From the NCBI GenBank assembly GCA_037310415.1, contig CP147780.1:1600001-1664000 (forward strand): a stretch of 64,000 nucleotides of DNA, in the 5' to 3' direction. The notes beneath the pieces were generated by a model. The model was given only the letters and a program-made list of their open reading frames with translations. It was not told where the DNA came from and did no database searches. This DNA comes from Candidatus Atabeyarchaeum deiterrae. Its GTDB lineage: Archaea > Asgardarchaeota > Atabeyarchaeia > Atabeyarchaeales > Atabeyarchaeaceae. Shown here piece after piece: positions 1-9,329 of the stretch (position 1 is its first letter; each line of letters starts with the position of its first letter). The position numbers and the translations under genes are program-made.

Positions 1-135
1 CAACCAAGTTTCCTTAGCTGCCTTATAATCAAGTGGGTGAGCTTGATCCCATTCGAAGACGCCAAATACCAATACGAGACCGATGAACAGCGAAGCAGCG
101 AGTAAGATAAAGTCAAGGGTGATTTCATCCACCAT
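1..135 (-). CDS. membrane protein, N-terminal 45 aa only (runs off the window edge)
   Basis: Not in ORF track. ATG at 135 preceded by GAGGTGA RBS (144-150); reads MVDEITLDFILLAASLFIGLVLVFGVFEWDQAHPLDYKAAKETWL with no stop; one hydrophobic helix. Confidence 0.6.
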   Translation of the reverse strand, partial: MVDEITLDFILLAASLFIGLVLVFGVFEWDQAHPLDYKAAKETWL

Positions 136-579
136 TTACCATTTCACCTCCGCCTAACTTGCTGCCTTTTTTCCTGCACTCTCCCAAATGCAAAATCTTG
201 ACATCTGGAACAGCAGATACGCTAATGCAGTGGCCAAAGGCTCTTTTTTTTTGAATCAAATATGCCACTGTCCCAAATTCTATTCAACCATCACCACTAG
301 TATTAAAGCATATCGGATTCAAACGGTGACTGTATTAGCAGTAGTAACATCAAAGCTTTTGCAATTTCAGCGCCCAAACCGAGAAATCCACACAAATGCT
401 ACTCTCAAGATTGGAAACCAATCTATTGAAACAACAATCTTGGCAATAGCGATTCTCAATCTCCACTGTGTCTGATTGCGGATATTTTGACATCCCGGAC
501 ATGAGTCTTTTACTCGATTGGTTTTTTCAATGTGGTACCAAGCAATGTGAAATCTGTCATATCGAAATGCGAGGACCTG

Positions 580-996
580 TCATCTACCCCAGACCTTGAA
601 CATTCCCGGCCTATCTCGTGGTCTTTCCTCGAAACCGAACTTCTCGTAGAATTTAGAAGCATCTTTTACCGCCATTAAACCAATGAACGAATCAGTGCGG
701 GCATGAACCTTGAGGTAATCCATAATTGCATTCATTATGCGCCTGCCAATTCCTTTCTTCTGGAACTCGGGCTGAACCATGATATCTTGAATATAGAAGA
801 ATATGGCGCCGTCTCCAACTACTCTCCCGTAACCGATTACTCTCCCATCGAATATAACACACACCGAATAAAGAGAGTTATGCAAGCCCATTTCAGTCGG
901 TTCGCGATCCATTTTCTCCCAACCGACTGCTTCGCGCAGTCTGTGGTATTCCTCAACAGTCGGGAGACGATCGATTAGCACGTATTCGTCACTCAC
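580..996 (-). CDS. GNAT family N-acetyltransferase
   Basis: Acetyl-CoA motif A (IQDIMVQPEFQKKGIG) and C-terminal FYEKFGF. Confidence 0.9.
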   Translation of the reverse strand: MSDEYVLIDRLPTVEEYHRLREAVGWEKMDREPTEMGLHNSLYSVCVIFDGRVIGYGRVVGDGAIFFYIQDIMVQPEFQKKGIGRRIMNAIMDYLKVHARTDSFIGLMAVKDASKFYEKFGFEERPRDRPGMFKVWGR

Positions 997-1388
997 TTTC
1001 GCCAGCCCCGCATGTCTGTGGGAATGGAAGGGGCCTTAATGCCTTTCCAAGGTTGTCTGCTCAATTCAAGCACTTAATGGTTACGATACTATCGCTGGAA
1101 GAAATGGGTTAGTTAGTGATACAAAACAGAGTTCTCCTCCGACAGCATCTCTTTCGGTGCAACCTTGGATATAAATGAAGGTGCGAATTCGAAAAAGAAG
1201 AAGGTGATCGAACATGCGCAATCATGTTTACAGGAGATGCATGACATCGGAAACTGATAACACAAAAACGTTCAGAAATCACGGCATCAGTTGCCGTACT
1301 ACAGATTGTCCCCAGAAAGAGGTCTGAACCTCAAGAATAACTGATCTATGAACCCAGAGGTGAGACATACTTTGCTATTTGCCGCTTG

Positions 1389-1706
1389 TCATCCGAGCGC
1401 TACTATCTCCATTGCGCTCAAATTTTGGAATCTCTTGGAAGCTTCTTCACCTGCTATCTTCGGCACGATTATATCTACAGCTTCGTTGAATGCTTGAACC
1501 ATGTTGAACCCTTCTTTGTCATCGATCCATTTTGTTGCTATTTGCTCCGCGTCTTCAGCTATCTCGAATTCACTTCCTCTGTACCTCACGTAGACCCTTC
1601 TATCGTCCCATTCCATTCGCGGTCCATACAGTTCTCGATGGAGGTTTATCGAGTCAGCTATTGACAACATGGGGTTGTCTCTTCGCAATTCGTCCGTGCT
1701 CTTCAT
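1389..1706 (-). CDS. hypothetical protein (~105 aa)
   Basis: ORF 1389-1823; likely start at ATG 1706 (MKSTDEL) after a GAGGGG RBS; protein-like composition. Confidence 0.5.
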   Translation of the reverse strand: MKSTDELRRDNPMLSIADSINLHRELYGPRMEWDDRRVYVRYRGSEFEIAEDAEQIATKWIDDKEGFNMVQAFNEAVDIIVPKIAGEEASKRFQNLSAMEIVALG

Positions 1707-2016
1707 CCTTGTCCCCTCTACTCTAATTAGAATCTTCTGAACAAAGATTCCGATTAACCAGCAAGTCTGATTCCATTCAGTTGTGCACAGCCCTCTCTTT
1801 CTATCGCTGCAGTTCTCAGTCATTTGGGTTCACTCGCGTGCGCCAACATGATCGATAATTGCTGCTTTGTTTTAAAAAAGGATGTATCCTCCCAGGAAAA
1901 CGAAAAACAAGGGATCGGAATGTCGGCTGGTTAGAGTTGACAGATTCTGTGTTGAACCAATGTGATGGACTGGAATTCTGCCTTGCTACATAATTCCGGC
2001 CCAACAGGTAGCATTA

Positions 2017-3381
2017 TCATTTCCCTCGTCTGGATTGCAGCACCATCAGCTTATCCCTTTTCCTCGTTGTTGAAAGCAATGCTGTGGCAGTTATATACGT
2101 GCTTATCAGAACCAGAGCTGAGTAGGTATAACCGTATCCATGAGGAACTGAATTCGCGAGAGGTTCAGATAGGTACGGGCTTATACCGTTCGGCACATTG
2201 AACGCGAGTTGCGTAAGCGAGTTAACTCTTCCTCGCTTGGTCTCAGGAGTGTGATCCATTGTCATTGCTCCCATCAGCGGGTTGACCATATTCATGAGGG
2301 CCTGCCTTGCAATAAACGCTATTACTGCAGGCAGAAGAACCCGAAAATAGGGAACAACGGCAAGATACGCCGCGCAAGCTATCGAAGCAAACTGACAGGT
2401 CACGGTAGTTCCAACTCTTCCAAGCCTCTTGGCCCGTTTTGCTATCCAAGGTGCTGCAAGGCCTCCCATGGCCGTCCCGAGTTCTCCTAGCAGCGCTATA
2501 GTGTAGATCACGTATTGTTGCACGGGAAATATGGCAGACCAGTAGTAGTTGAAAACTGGGACTAGGAAACCCGCACCGAATCCTATTATGCCTTGAAAAG
2601 CGATCATCTTGATGACTACACCATTTCTCCAGATGCTCGATGGCGGCTTGTAGAGTTGTTTGTGGTTCTTGGTACCTAGTTCCTTTGGACCTGGCAATTC
2701 GAGATCCTTTCTTGATTTTGAGTCTTGGAGGCTGCTTTCCCGAGGTCGACGGGAGATACTTATTAGAAACATGGGTATTGCCGCTATCAGGGCGAGGACT
2801 GCTGAAGCAAGTAGCGGCAACTGATAGTAAGTGTTTGCAGGCAATAAGGTCTGGTAGATGGCCGAGTAGATGATCAATGCCACTGTTCCGATTACACTGA
2901 ACACCATGCTGAAGGACATTGTTATGCTATATCCTTTCTCTCTCCTGTATCCTTCAGTAACATCGGCAATGACACAGTTCTGCGCGGTCCCAAGCAGCGC
3001 AAAGCCTGTTGCCTGTAATGCAGAGGAGTAGAGCAAATGCCACCACTGGGTGCTTACTGGGAGGATGAACATACCAAGAGCAGAGACAGACGCGCCCATT
3101 ATTAACATCGGTTTCCGACCGATCTTATCGGTCAGGACTCCTACTATTGGAAGCGCAACTGACATTGTTATCTGGAACACTAGGTAATACAGTGCGAAGT
3201 CTTGGTACCAATTGACAGGATCTAGGTAAATGATGAAGAACATGACAAGATTGTTGTAGACGCCGTAGCTGAGCCCGTTGAATGCCATGTTCGCTATGAG
3301 TTTGCTCATCGCAGGTTCTCTAATTATCGAAGACCACGAGGAGCTCTGTGTCTTGGGAGTATTGGAAGTCATGAATATCAC
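2017..3381 (-). CDS. MFS transporter
   Basis: About 12 TM segments; MFS motif A (GVLTDKIGRK). Confidence 0.9.
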   Translation of the reverse strand: MIFMTSNTPKTQSSSWSSIIREPAMSKLIANMAFNGLSYGVYNNLVMFFIIYLDPVNWYQDFALYYLVFQITMSVALPIVGVLTDKIGRKPMLIMGASVSALGMFILPVSTQWWHLLYSSALQATGFALLGTAQNCVIADVTEGYRREKGYSITMSFSMVFSVIGTVALIIYSAIYQTLLPANTYYQLPLLASAVLALIAAIPMFLISISRRPRESSLQDSKSRKDLELPGPKELGTKNHKQLYKPPSSIWRNGVVIKMIAFQGIIGFGAGFLVPVFNYYWSAIFPVQQYVIYTIALLGELGTAMGGLAAPWIAKRAKRLGRVGTTVTCQFASIACAAYLAVVPYFRVLLPAVIAFIARQALMNMVNPLMGAMTMDHTPETKRGRVNSLTQLAFNVPNGISPYLSEPLANSVPHGYGYTYSALVLISTYITATALLSTTRKRDKLMVLQSRRGK

Positions 3382-3581
3382 CGCAGTCTTGTGTTCGTCT
3401 TATAGAAACTAGAACAAGCGTAATCCTAGATAGCAGTAGCCATGGGACTCAGTGTCAAATGCCTTGATCAGCTTATTAAGTTACCTTCTTCGCCTTCGAT
3501 AGGACTGTTCGTCATATTCCAGCTAAGTAAGTCGAAGAAACAACAGTCATCCACATTTGAAGGTGCTATCTGCACTTTGAT

Positions 3582-4952
3582 TCATCTAGCTTGCGAGAGG
3601 ATCACAGCCTTGTCCTTTTTTCTCGTAGTGTAGTAGACCCATGTCGAAATGATGTATAACGTGATGAGAACGAAGAACGAGTACGCCCACCCGAAATCAG
3701 AAGGAGACGAATTGATTATTATTCCTGACAGTATTACGCTTACCCCGTTTGGCACGGTGAAAGCAATAGTCTGGGCAGCATTCACTGCTCCGCGCCTAGT
3801 CACTGGAGAATGATCCATGAGCATCGCCGAGGTCAGAGGGCTGATCATGTTCATCAAGTCCTGTCTAAGAACATAGGCTACAACGGCGAGAGGGAGATAC
3901 TGGAACCAGGGAACTGCCGAGAGGAAAACGGCGCATAGTATGGACGCACTCTGACAGGCCACTATCATACCAACTCTTCCTCCTGTCCTCCCAGCCCGCT
4001 TAGCCATCCAAGGAGCGAGCAATGCTCCTGCGACGAGTCCGCCATCTCCAAAAACAGTTATGAGTAAGACCATCCAATCGGCAAGTTTGAAAACGTCTTT
4101 CCAGTAATACGTGAACAATGGTATAATGAAGCCCGCGCCAAGCCCTATCAAGAAGTTTATCAATATGATTTTCAAGACAACACCGTTCGTTCTGAGGGAC
4201 GGAGGAGCCAAGTAGTCTCTGCCCAGATTCTTGCTAGTTCTGATCTTCGAAGCAAGATCGTCCGAAGGTTTCCTCGAGTCACTATCACTCTGTGGAGGAT
4301 AGGAAAGCTTCTGAGAACGCTCGAGCGATTCTCCTACGAAGAATATGGGTATCGCTCCTACAAACGCAAGCATTGCTGACACGAAGAGGAAAAGAACGAA
4401 ATAGGCGTTGTCAGGCAGAACCCCTTTGTAGAAGTACGAATACAAGGTGAGAGAAACAGTTCCGGCGGTGCTGAATAGTAGCTGGCTTGCCATCATCAGA
4501 CTATAGGATTTCTCCCTCCGATATCCGTGGGAGACGTCGGCCACCATCGATGACTGAGCTGGCGCAACGAGGGCATTGCCCAATGATGATATTGCACCTG
4601 GGATTAGCAAATGCCACCAGACTGTCGAGAGAGGAGTCATGAACGAACTGAGAGCTATGAGCGCCACACCTATTCTTAAGACCCATTTCCTTCCGACCCT
4701 GTCTATGAGCATCCCCGCAGGAATAATAATGAACCCGAAACTCAGATTCGAAACCAAATACCATATTCCATAGTGTGCAATGTAGAGTACTGAATCATAG
4801 CCGTCTAAATACGAAAGGAAGAGCATCGAAAAAACGTTATAGATTCCATATGAAAGACCAAAGAAGGCTTGCGATAGAACCAGCTTGCCCATTGTTGGGT
4901 CGTGAAGTATTGACGACCATGAGGTGGGCTGTTTGTATTGCTTTGTGGACAT
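3582..4952 (-). CDS. MFS transporter, tandem paralog of 2017-3381
   Basis: Motif A (GMLIDRVGRK); shares WSSI, ADVxxGYRREK, GxGAGF and MDH blocks with its neighbour. Confidence 0.9.
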   Translation of the reverse strand: MSTKQYKQPTSWSSILHDPTMGKLVLSQAFFGLSYGIYNVFSMLFLSYLDGYDSVLYIAHYGIWYLVSNLSFGFIIIPAGMLIDRVGRKWVLRIGVALIALSSFMTPLSTVWWHLLIPGAISSLGNALVAPAQSSMVADVSHGYRREKSYSLMMASQLLFSTAGTVSLTLYSYFYKGVLPDNAYFVLFLFVSAMLAFVGAIPIFFVGESLERSQKLSYPPQSDSDSRKPSDDLASKIRTSKNLGRDYLAPPSLRTNGVVLKIILINFLIGLGAGFIIPLFTYYWKDVFKLADWMVLLITVFGDGGLVAGALLAPWMAKRAGRTGGRVGMIVACQSASILCAVFLSAVPWFQYLPLAVVAYVLRQDLMNMISPLTSAMLMDHSPVTRRGAVNAAQTIAFTVPNGVSVILSGIIINSSPSDFGWAYSFFVLITLYIISTWVYYTTRKKDKAVILSQAR

Positions 4953-5329
4953 TATTGCTGGCTCCCTACGGCTGACTCTCTCGAATAAGATGCAAATTGA
5001 AGTATTGCAGAACCAGATTTCGCAGTTCTAATAATTGGGATATCTATTAAAGCTTCCTTCTGCCTAGCCTCGACTACCTCTCCGCTTCCTTTCTCAACAG
5101 AAAGGGTTGTCTTGCCCACCCACCAGAATGTTCATTGTCTCTTTGGGAAATGGATCTCTTCCCGACTTCCTTTTGGCGGAATAGTCATTAATTCCTTCTT
5201 CGAGTGGGACCCTCTGGCAACATCTTGCAGAAGCCTCTTTCCACTCTCACGTCTTTCTGGGTGCTGTATATACATTGGAGGAGGTATAGCGCCAGTGAAC
5301 AAACTTATATACTTGGAAATACGGTATAT

Positions 5330-6439
5330 ATGGCGGTGGTGAAAGGAGTGGATCAGAGGAGAATAATATCACTGGGAAGAGGTTCCTTAGTTATTTCGTT
5401 GCCAAAATACTGGCTCAAACTGAATGGACTCAAGAAAGGCGATGAAGTATCGCTTACACTTCAACAGAACCGTTCTCTTGTTGTTATTCCCGGGACAGGA
5501 ATGAGAGAGAGTAGCAGAGAGGTCGTAATCGAGATCAAACCCGAGGAGAACTCGGCTTCGATCATTAGAAGAATAATCGCCTGCTATCTTAATGGATACT
5601 CTGGGATAAGGATCATCTCCAATGACATATTGAACGTAGCTCAACAGAGAGCTATCCGTGAGGCAGCCAGAAATCTTTTCATGAACATAATGGAAGCAAC
5701 AACGAAAGGCGTACATATTGAGATTCTAATAGATGATTCCAAGGCTCACGTCAGCGCAGGCATACAGAGAATGCATGCTATCGCAGATGCAATGTGCAAG
5801 GACACGATGATCGCACTGAAAAACTTCGACGCATCCCTCGCCAGGGTTGTTTTCTCACTTGACACTGATGTCGATCACCTGTCCTTCTTGGAAATAAGAT
5901 TGCTAAGAAGCGCTGCTATCAATCCAGCATTAGCAAATGAGCTGAGCTTGACTCTTATCGATTGTCTTGACTATCAGACTCTCGTACACAGAATCGAACA
6001 AACAGCTGATCAAGCGGCAAACATTGTGAGAAACATAATAGTCTTGGAAGGAGAGAGGCAGAAAATACCGAGCGAGCTACTTGAACTGATGGCTGAAGCG
6101 GGCAGCAAGGCACATATGATGTATAGCAATGCGGTCAAGGCCTACTTCTCGAGAGATATGAGCGAGGCCGAGAGGATAATAGAGCAAGAAGAAGAGGTTG
6201 AGAGGCTCGGAAGAGAGATTGCATCGAAGACCTTCGCCAATACACAAAGTACCAGTATGGTCGTATGCTCAACCTGCTCAATCCGGGACAGCATAAGACG
6301 AATGGCCGAATTTGCAGGAGATATCGCTGAAATCTCCATCAACCGCATGTATGAGCTGAGACCTCGAGTCGAAGGTCGAGACAAGATCCTTCTGCAGAAA
6401 GAGACAAAGAGTGTCCAGAAAACGCCAGAAGCAACATGA
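5330..6439 (+). CDS. AbrB/MazE-domain plus tandem PhoU-domain transcriptional regulator (archaeal PhoU-type)
   Basis: N-terminal RRIISLGRGSLVISLPKYW...LKKGDEV (AbrB-like), then PhoU helical repeats (DxDVDxL, RIEQTADQA, RRMAEFAGDIAE); likely start ATG 5330 or a nearby GTG. Confidence 0.85.
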   Translation: MAVVKGVDQRRIISLGRGSLVISLPKYWLKLNGLKKGDEVSLTLQQNRSLVVIPGTGMRESSREVVIEIKPEENSASIIRRIIACYLNGYSGIRIISNDILNVAQQRAIREAARNLFMNIMEATTKGVHIEILIDDSKAHVSAGIQRMHAIADAMCKDTMIALKNFDASLARVVFSLDTDVDHLSFLEIRLLRSAAINPALANELSLTLIDCLDYQTLVHRIEQTADQAANIVRNIIVLEGERQKIPSELLELMAEAGSKAHMMYSNAVKAYFSRDMSEAERIIEQEEEVERLGREIASKTFANTQSTSMVVCSTCSIRDSIRRMAEFAGDIAEISINRMYELRPRVEGRDKILLQKETKSVQKTPEAT

Positions 6440-6499
6440 ACGGACATTCTTAAAAAAATGAAAAAGAAAGAGGGGACTTGGCGTTTAGTGGTCAGTCAA

Positions 6500-8242
6500 T
6501 CAGGCAATCTTGGATTCTGGGTATGTTAGAGTTACTGTGAAGTCTGGAATCGTACTCTTCTTCTGTAATAGCCTTCTTGCAGTGTCGAGGGCAAAGTTGT
6601 AGTCGAAGACTCCTTTTCCACTTTCCTTTGCGCCCTTCAATATTTCGACCTCAATCTTGTGCTTCAGTTTGCCAATTGTGATTGGGCCAACCCCATACAT
6701 TCCGCCCACGATCTCTCTCATCTCATCCTCAGGTTTCAACCCTTCGATACCAAGAGGCGGGATGGCGTTTATGTCTGCGAAGACCTTCACCGGCTCCAAT
6801 TCGTTCATCATTTGCATGTCTATAAGTTGAGTTCCAGCCTGGGCACCTGTGAATATCAGGTCCTTGTTTCCCGCAATCTCCATTCTTTTCTCCCTAGTTG
6901 GCGCAAAGAACCCTTCCACATTCACACCGTACTTCTCGTATAGTCTGGTAGCGATCCCCTTTATGTACACATCTCCGTCAGCACGACCTGGGTTTGGGCT
7001 TACGATCGTTACTTCGGATCCAAGTCTACTCAGAAGAACAGCTGCGACCTTTCCGACGGGACCAGTTCCAAAGATAACACAGCTCTTCTTTCTAATGTCA
7101 CCAAGACTGTTAGCGACGAGAGCACTTTCAACCTTCGCAACCATTGCTGCAGCCGTGGTGTATGCTCCGCTTGGGTCAATTATGACAGGGGCTTCGAACG
7201 GAGGGAACATTGCCTGCAGAGCAACTTCCAGAACTTTCTCTGCTTTATCTGAATCTTTTCCACCGATCAGGAAACATGTGCGTTTCGCACCCGCTGGTCC
7301 TCTCGAAAGCAAGGCATCCTGAATGATAACCTTGGCTTCCTCCGGTTGAATATCGTTGTAAGGTATCACACTATCGTAGCCGGCATCGTAGCCCATGCAT
7401 ATGTCGAATGGGTTCACCTTTTTGTTGTCGCAATCTAGAAAAAAAAGCAAGTAGGGCAAATACTCCGAAGCTTTCTTAATGACTGGTTTCACCTGAATCT
7501 TGTATGATTGCAGCACACTCTCAACCTTGCTGCTCCCTGAAAGAGCAACTTCTGCCTGTACTGGTACTGCTTTCTTGGAAACTGAGAGAACCTCGACTTT
7601 CACCTTCAGAGCCTCAAGTAGCTTCTTGACACCCTCAACGTGCTCAGGGCTGGCAATGTGATAGCATGTCATCGACGTGCTCTTCTTGCCGTTGACCTTC
7701 TTCGCACTGTCAAGAATCCCCATCGCTATCCAGTTCTGACGGGTGGCAAAATTTATTTGCTTCAACTCATCCTCAATCTCAGACTGGAGACACTGCCCGT
7801 AGGTCACTAGGTAGTCTTCCTTCTCCAAAGCGGACCTGTCTCTCGATCCTTTTTGCCTGGAAATTGTCGATAGTTCATCAAGTACCTTTGTTCGAAGTTC
7901 GATCTTCTGACTGATGTTGGCGAGGAGATATGACTTTGCATTCTCATCTATGTCAGCGGGGAAGAACGGAACATTGTTCTTCTTGAACACTGGGGCCAAA
8001 GGATTGCTCTCATAGAAGTCTTTCTGAGAGCGGTCACCGAGTTCCTCAGTGGCAAAGGTTGGTTTACTTCTTCTTATCAGCTCCTCCATAAACTTGGAGA
8101 AAGCCATAGATGGTCTGGCGAGCAACTTGGTTGCTGCACCTGGACTGAGAGCCGCTGCCAAAAAAGGCTCATTGAACTCCTTCTCAATCATCATTACACG
8201 CAAATCAACATCTTTCAAGGGCTCGATTTCGAGAACTTTCAT
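6500..8242 (-). CDS. mtdB: NAD(P)-dependent methylene-tetrahydromethanopterin dehydrogenase (MtdA/MtdB type) with a ~260-aa N-terminal extra domain
   Basis: PFDICMGYDAG...QDALLSRGP...IGG, DPSGAYTTAAAMV, GTGPVG and DINAIPPLGIEG are hallmark MtdA/B motifs; start ATG 8242 with GGAGG RBS. Confidence 0.85.
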   Translation of the reverse strand: MKVLEIEPLKDVDLRVMMIEKEFNEPFLAAALSPGAATKLLARPSMAFSKFMEELIRRSKPTFATEELGDRSQKDFYESNPLAPVFKKNNVPFFPADIDENAKSYLLANISQKIELRTKVLDELSTISRQKGSRDRSALEKEDYLVTYGQCLQSEIEDELKQINFATRQNWIAMGILDSAKKVNGKKSTSMTCYHIASPEHVEGVKKLLEALKVKVEVLSVSKKAVPVQAEVALSGSSKVESVLQSYKIQVKPVIKKASEYLPYLLFFLDCDNKKVNPFDICMGYDAGYDSVIPYNDIQPEEAKVIIQDALLSRGPAGAKRTCFLIGGKDSDKAEKVLEVALQAMFPPFEAPVIIDPSGAYTTAAAMVAKVESALVANSLGDIRKKSCVIFGTGPVGKVAAVLLSRLGSEVTIVSPNPGRADGDVYIKGIATRLYEKYGVNVEGFFAPTREKRMEIAGNKDLIFTGAQAGTQLIDMQMMNELEPVKVFADINAIPPLGIEGLKPEDEMREIVGGMYGVGPITIGKLKHKIEVEILKGAKESGKGVFDYNFALDTARRLLQKKSTIPDFTVTLTYPESKIA

Positions 8243-8467
8243 TTCTTTTCGCCTCCATAATTGATATATATAAATTCGCCCACGAGCTATACTGTCATTC
8301 GAAGATGATATATACTTTTTCGCAATAGTATATTGTCTGCTATATACAGTATATATTGATGCTTCCGTCACCGTATTTAAAAGGTCACGTTATGAAAACG
8401 CTAAAAAAAGTATATAAAAACGGCTGACCTTCCCTTTTGAATGACCTTAGGTGGTCAGGTGGTTTCT

Positions 8468-9310
8468 ATGTACGAAGTCATATCAAATGAGGAATTGGCT
8501 CCCAGCATTAAAAGGATCGTTATCAAAGCTCCTGTCGTTGCAAAGAAGATCCAAGCGGGCCAATTTGTGGTTCTAAGACTGCAGGAAAATGGAGAGCGAA
8601 TTCCTTTGACTCAAGCTGATGTCGACCCCGAAAATGGGAAAGTCACGATCGTTTATCAAGAAGTTGGCAAGAGTACAAGACTTCTTGGAACACTTGGAGC
8701 CGGCGACATGATACCTGATCTTCTTGGACCACTAGGTGTCCCAATTGAATTGAAGAAGTACGGCACCGTTGTCTTGCTTGGCGGAGGGGTAGGAATACCG
8801 CCACTCTATCCCAAGGGCAAAGCCCTGAAGAAGTATGGAAACTACATTATTTCGATAATTGGTGCTCGAAACAAGGATCTCTTAATGATGGAAGACGAAA
8901 TGAAGAGCATCTCAGACCATTTCATCATAACAACTGATGATGGCTCAAAGGGCAAGAAAGGCTTCACGACCGAGGCCCTCCGTGAAGTATTGAAGAGCAA
9001 GAAAGTTGACTTGATTATTACAGTCGGTCCCCTTATCATGATGAAGAACGCGTCGCTTGTCGCAAAAGAGTTTGGCGTCAAGATCGAAGTGAGCTTGAAC
9101 CCACTCATGCTCGACGCAACTGGTATGTGCGGTGTTTGCCGCTGCACAGTTGGAGACGAAACCAAGTTTGCATGCGTTCATGGACCCGTGTTCGATGGAT
9201 CCAAAGTCAATTTCGACGAGTTGATGAAAAGATCAAGAATCTATTTGGACGAAGAAAAGGCTTCCCTAGACTTATTCAACAAGGAGTTGAACACGAAAGG
9301 CTCAGACTAG
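8468..9310 (+). CDS. nfnA: electron-bifurcating transhydrogenase small subunit NfnA (SudB/PyrK-like; FAD, [2Fe-2S])
   Basis: GERIPLT, GGGVGIPP, TDDGS and DATGMCGVCRC...CVHGP motifs; directly upstream of a GltD-like gene. Confidence 0.9.
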   Translation: MYEVISNEELAPSIKRIVIKAPVVAKKIQAGQFVVLRLQENGERIPLTQADVDPENGKVTIVYQEVGKSTRLLGTLGAGDMIPDLLGPLGVPIELKKYGTVVLLGGGVGIPPLYPKGKALKKYGNYIISIIGARNKDLLMMEDEMKSISDHFIITTDDGSKGKKGFTTEALREVLKSKKVDLIITVGPLIMMKNASLVAKEFGVKIEVSLNPLMLDATGMCGVCRCTVGDETKFACVHGPVFDGSKVNFDELMKRSRIYLDEEKASLDLFNKELNTKGSD

Positions 9311-9329
9311 TGAAAGGGATGTGCGTATA

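Noticed and set aside
188-475. 95-aa plus-strand ORF in the ORF track
   Set aside because: Lies in the AT-rich promoter region of the minus-strand gene at 135; no RBS or motif
1214-1327. 37-codon ORF (MRNHVYRRCM...) with AGGTGAT RBS and upstream TATA-like box
   Set aside because: No recognisable motif and atypical composition; cannot be distinguished from chance
5204-8371. Long N-terminal extensions given by the ORF track for the PhoU-type and Mtd genes
   Set aside because: The extensions run through AT-rich promoter sequence; RBS and homology favour starts at ~5330 and 8242
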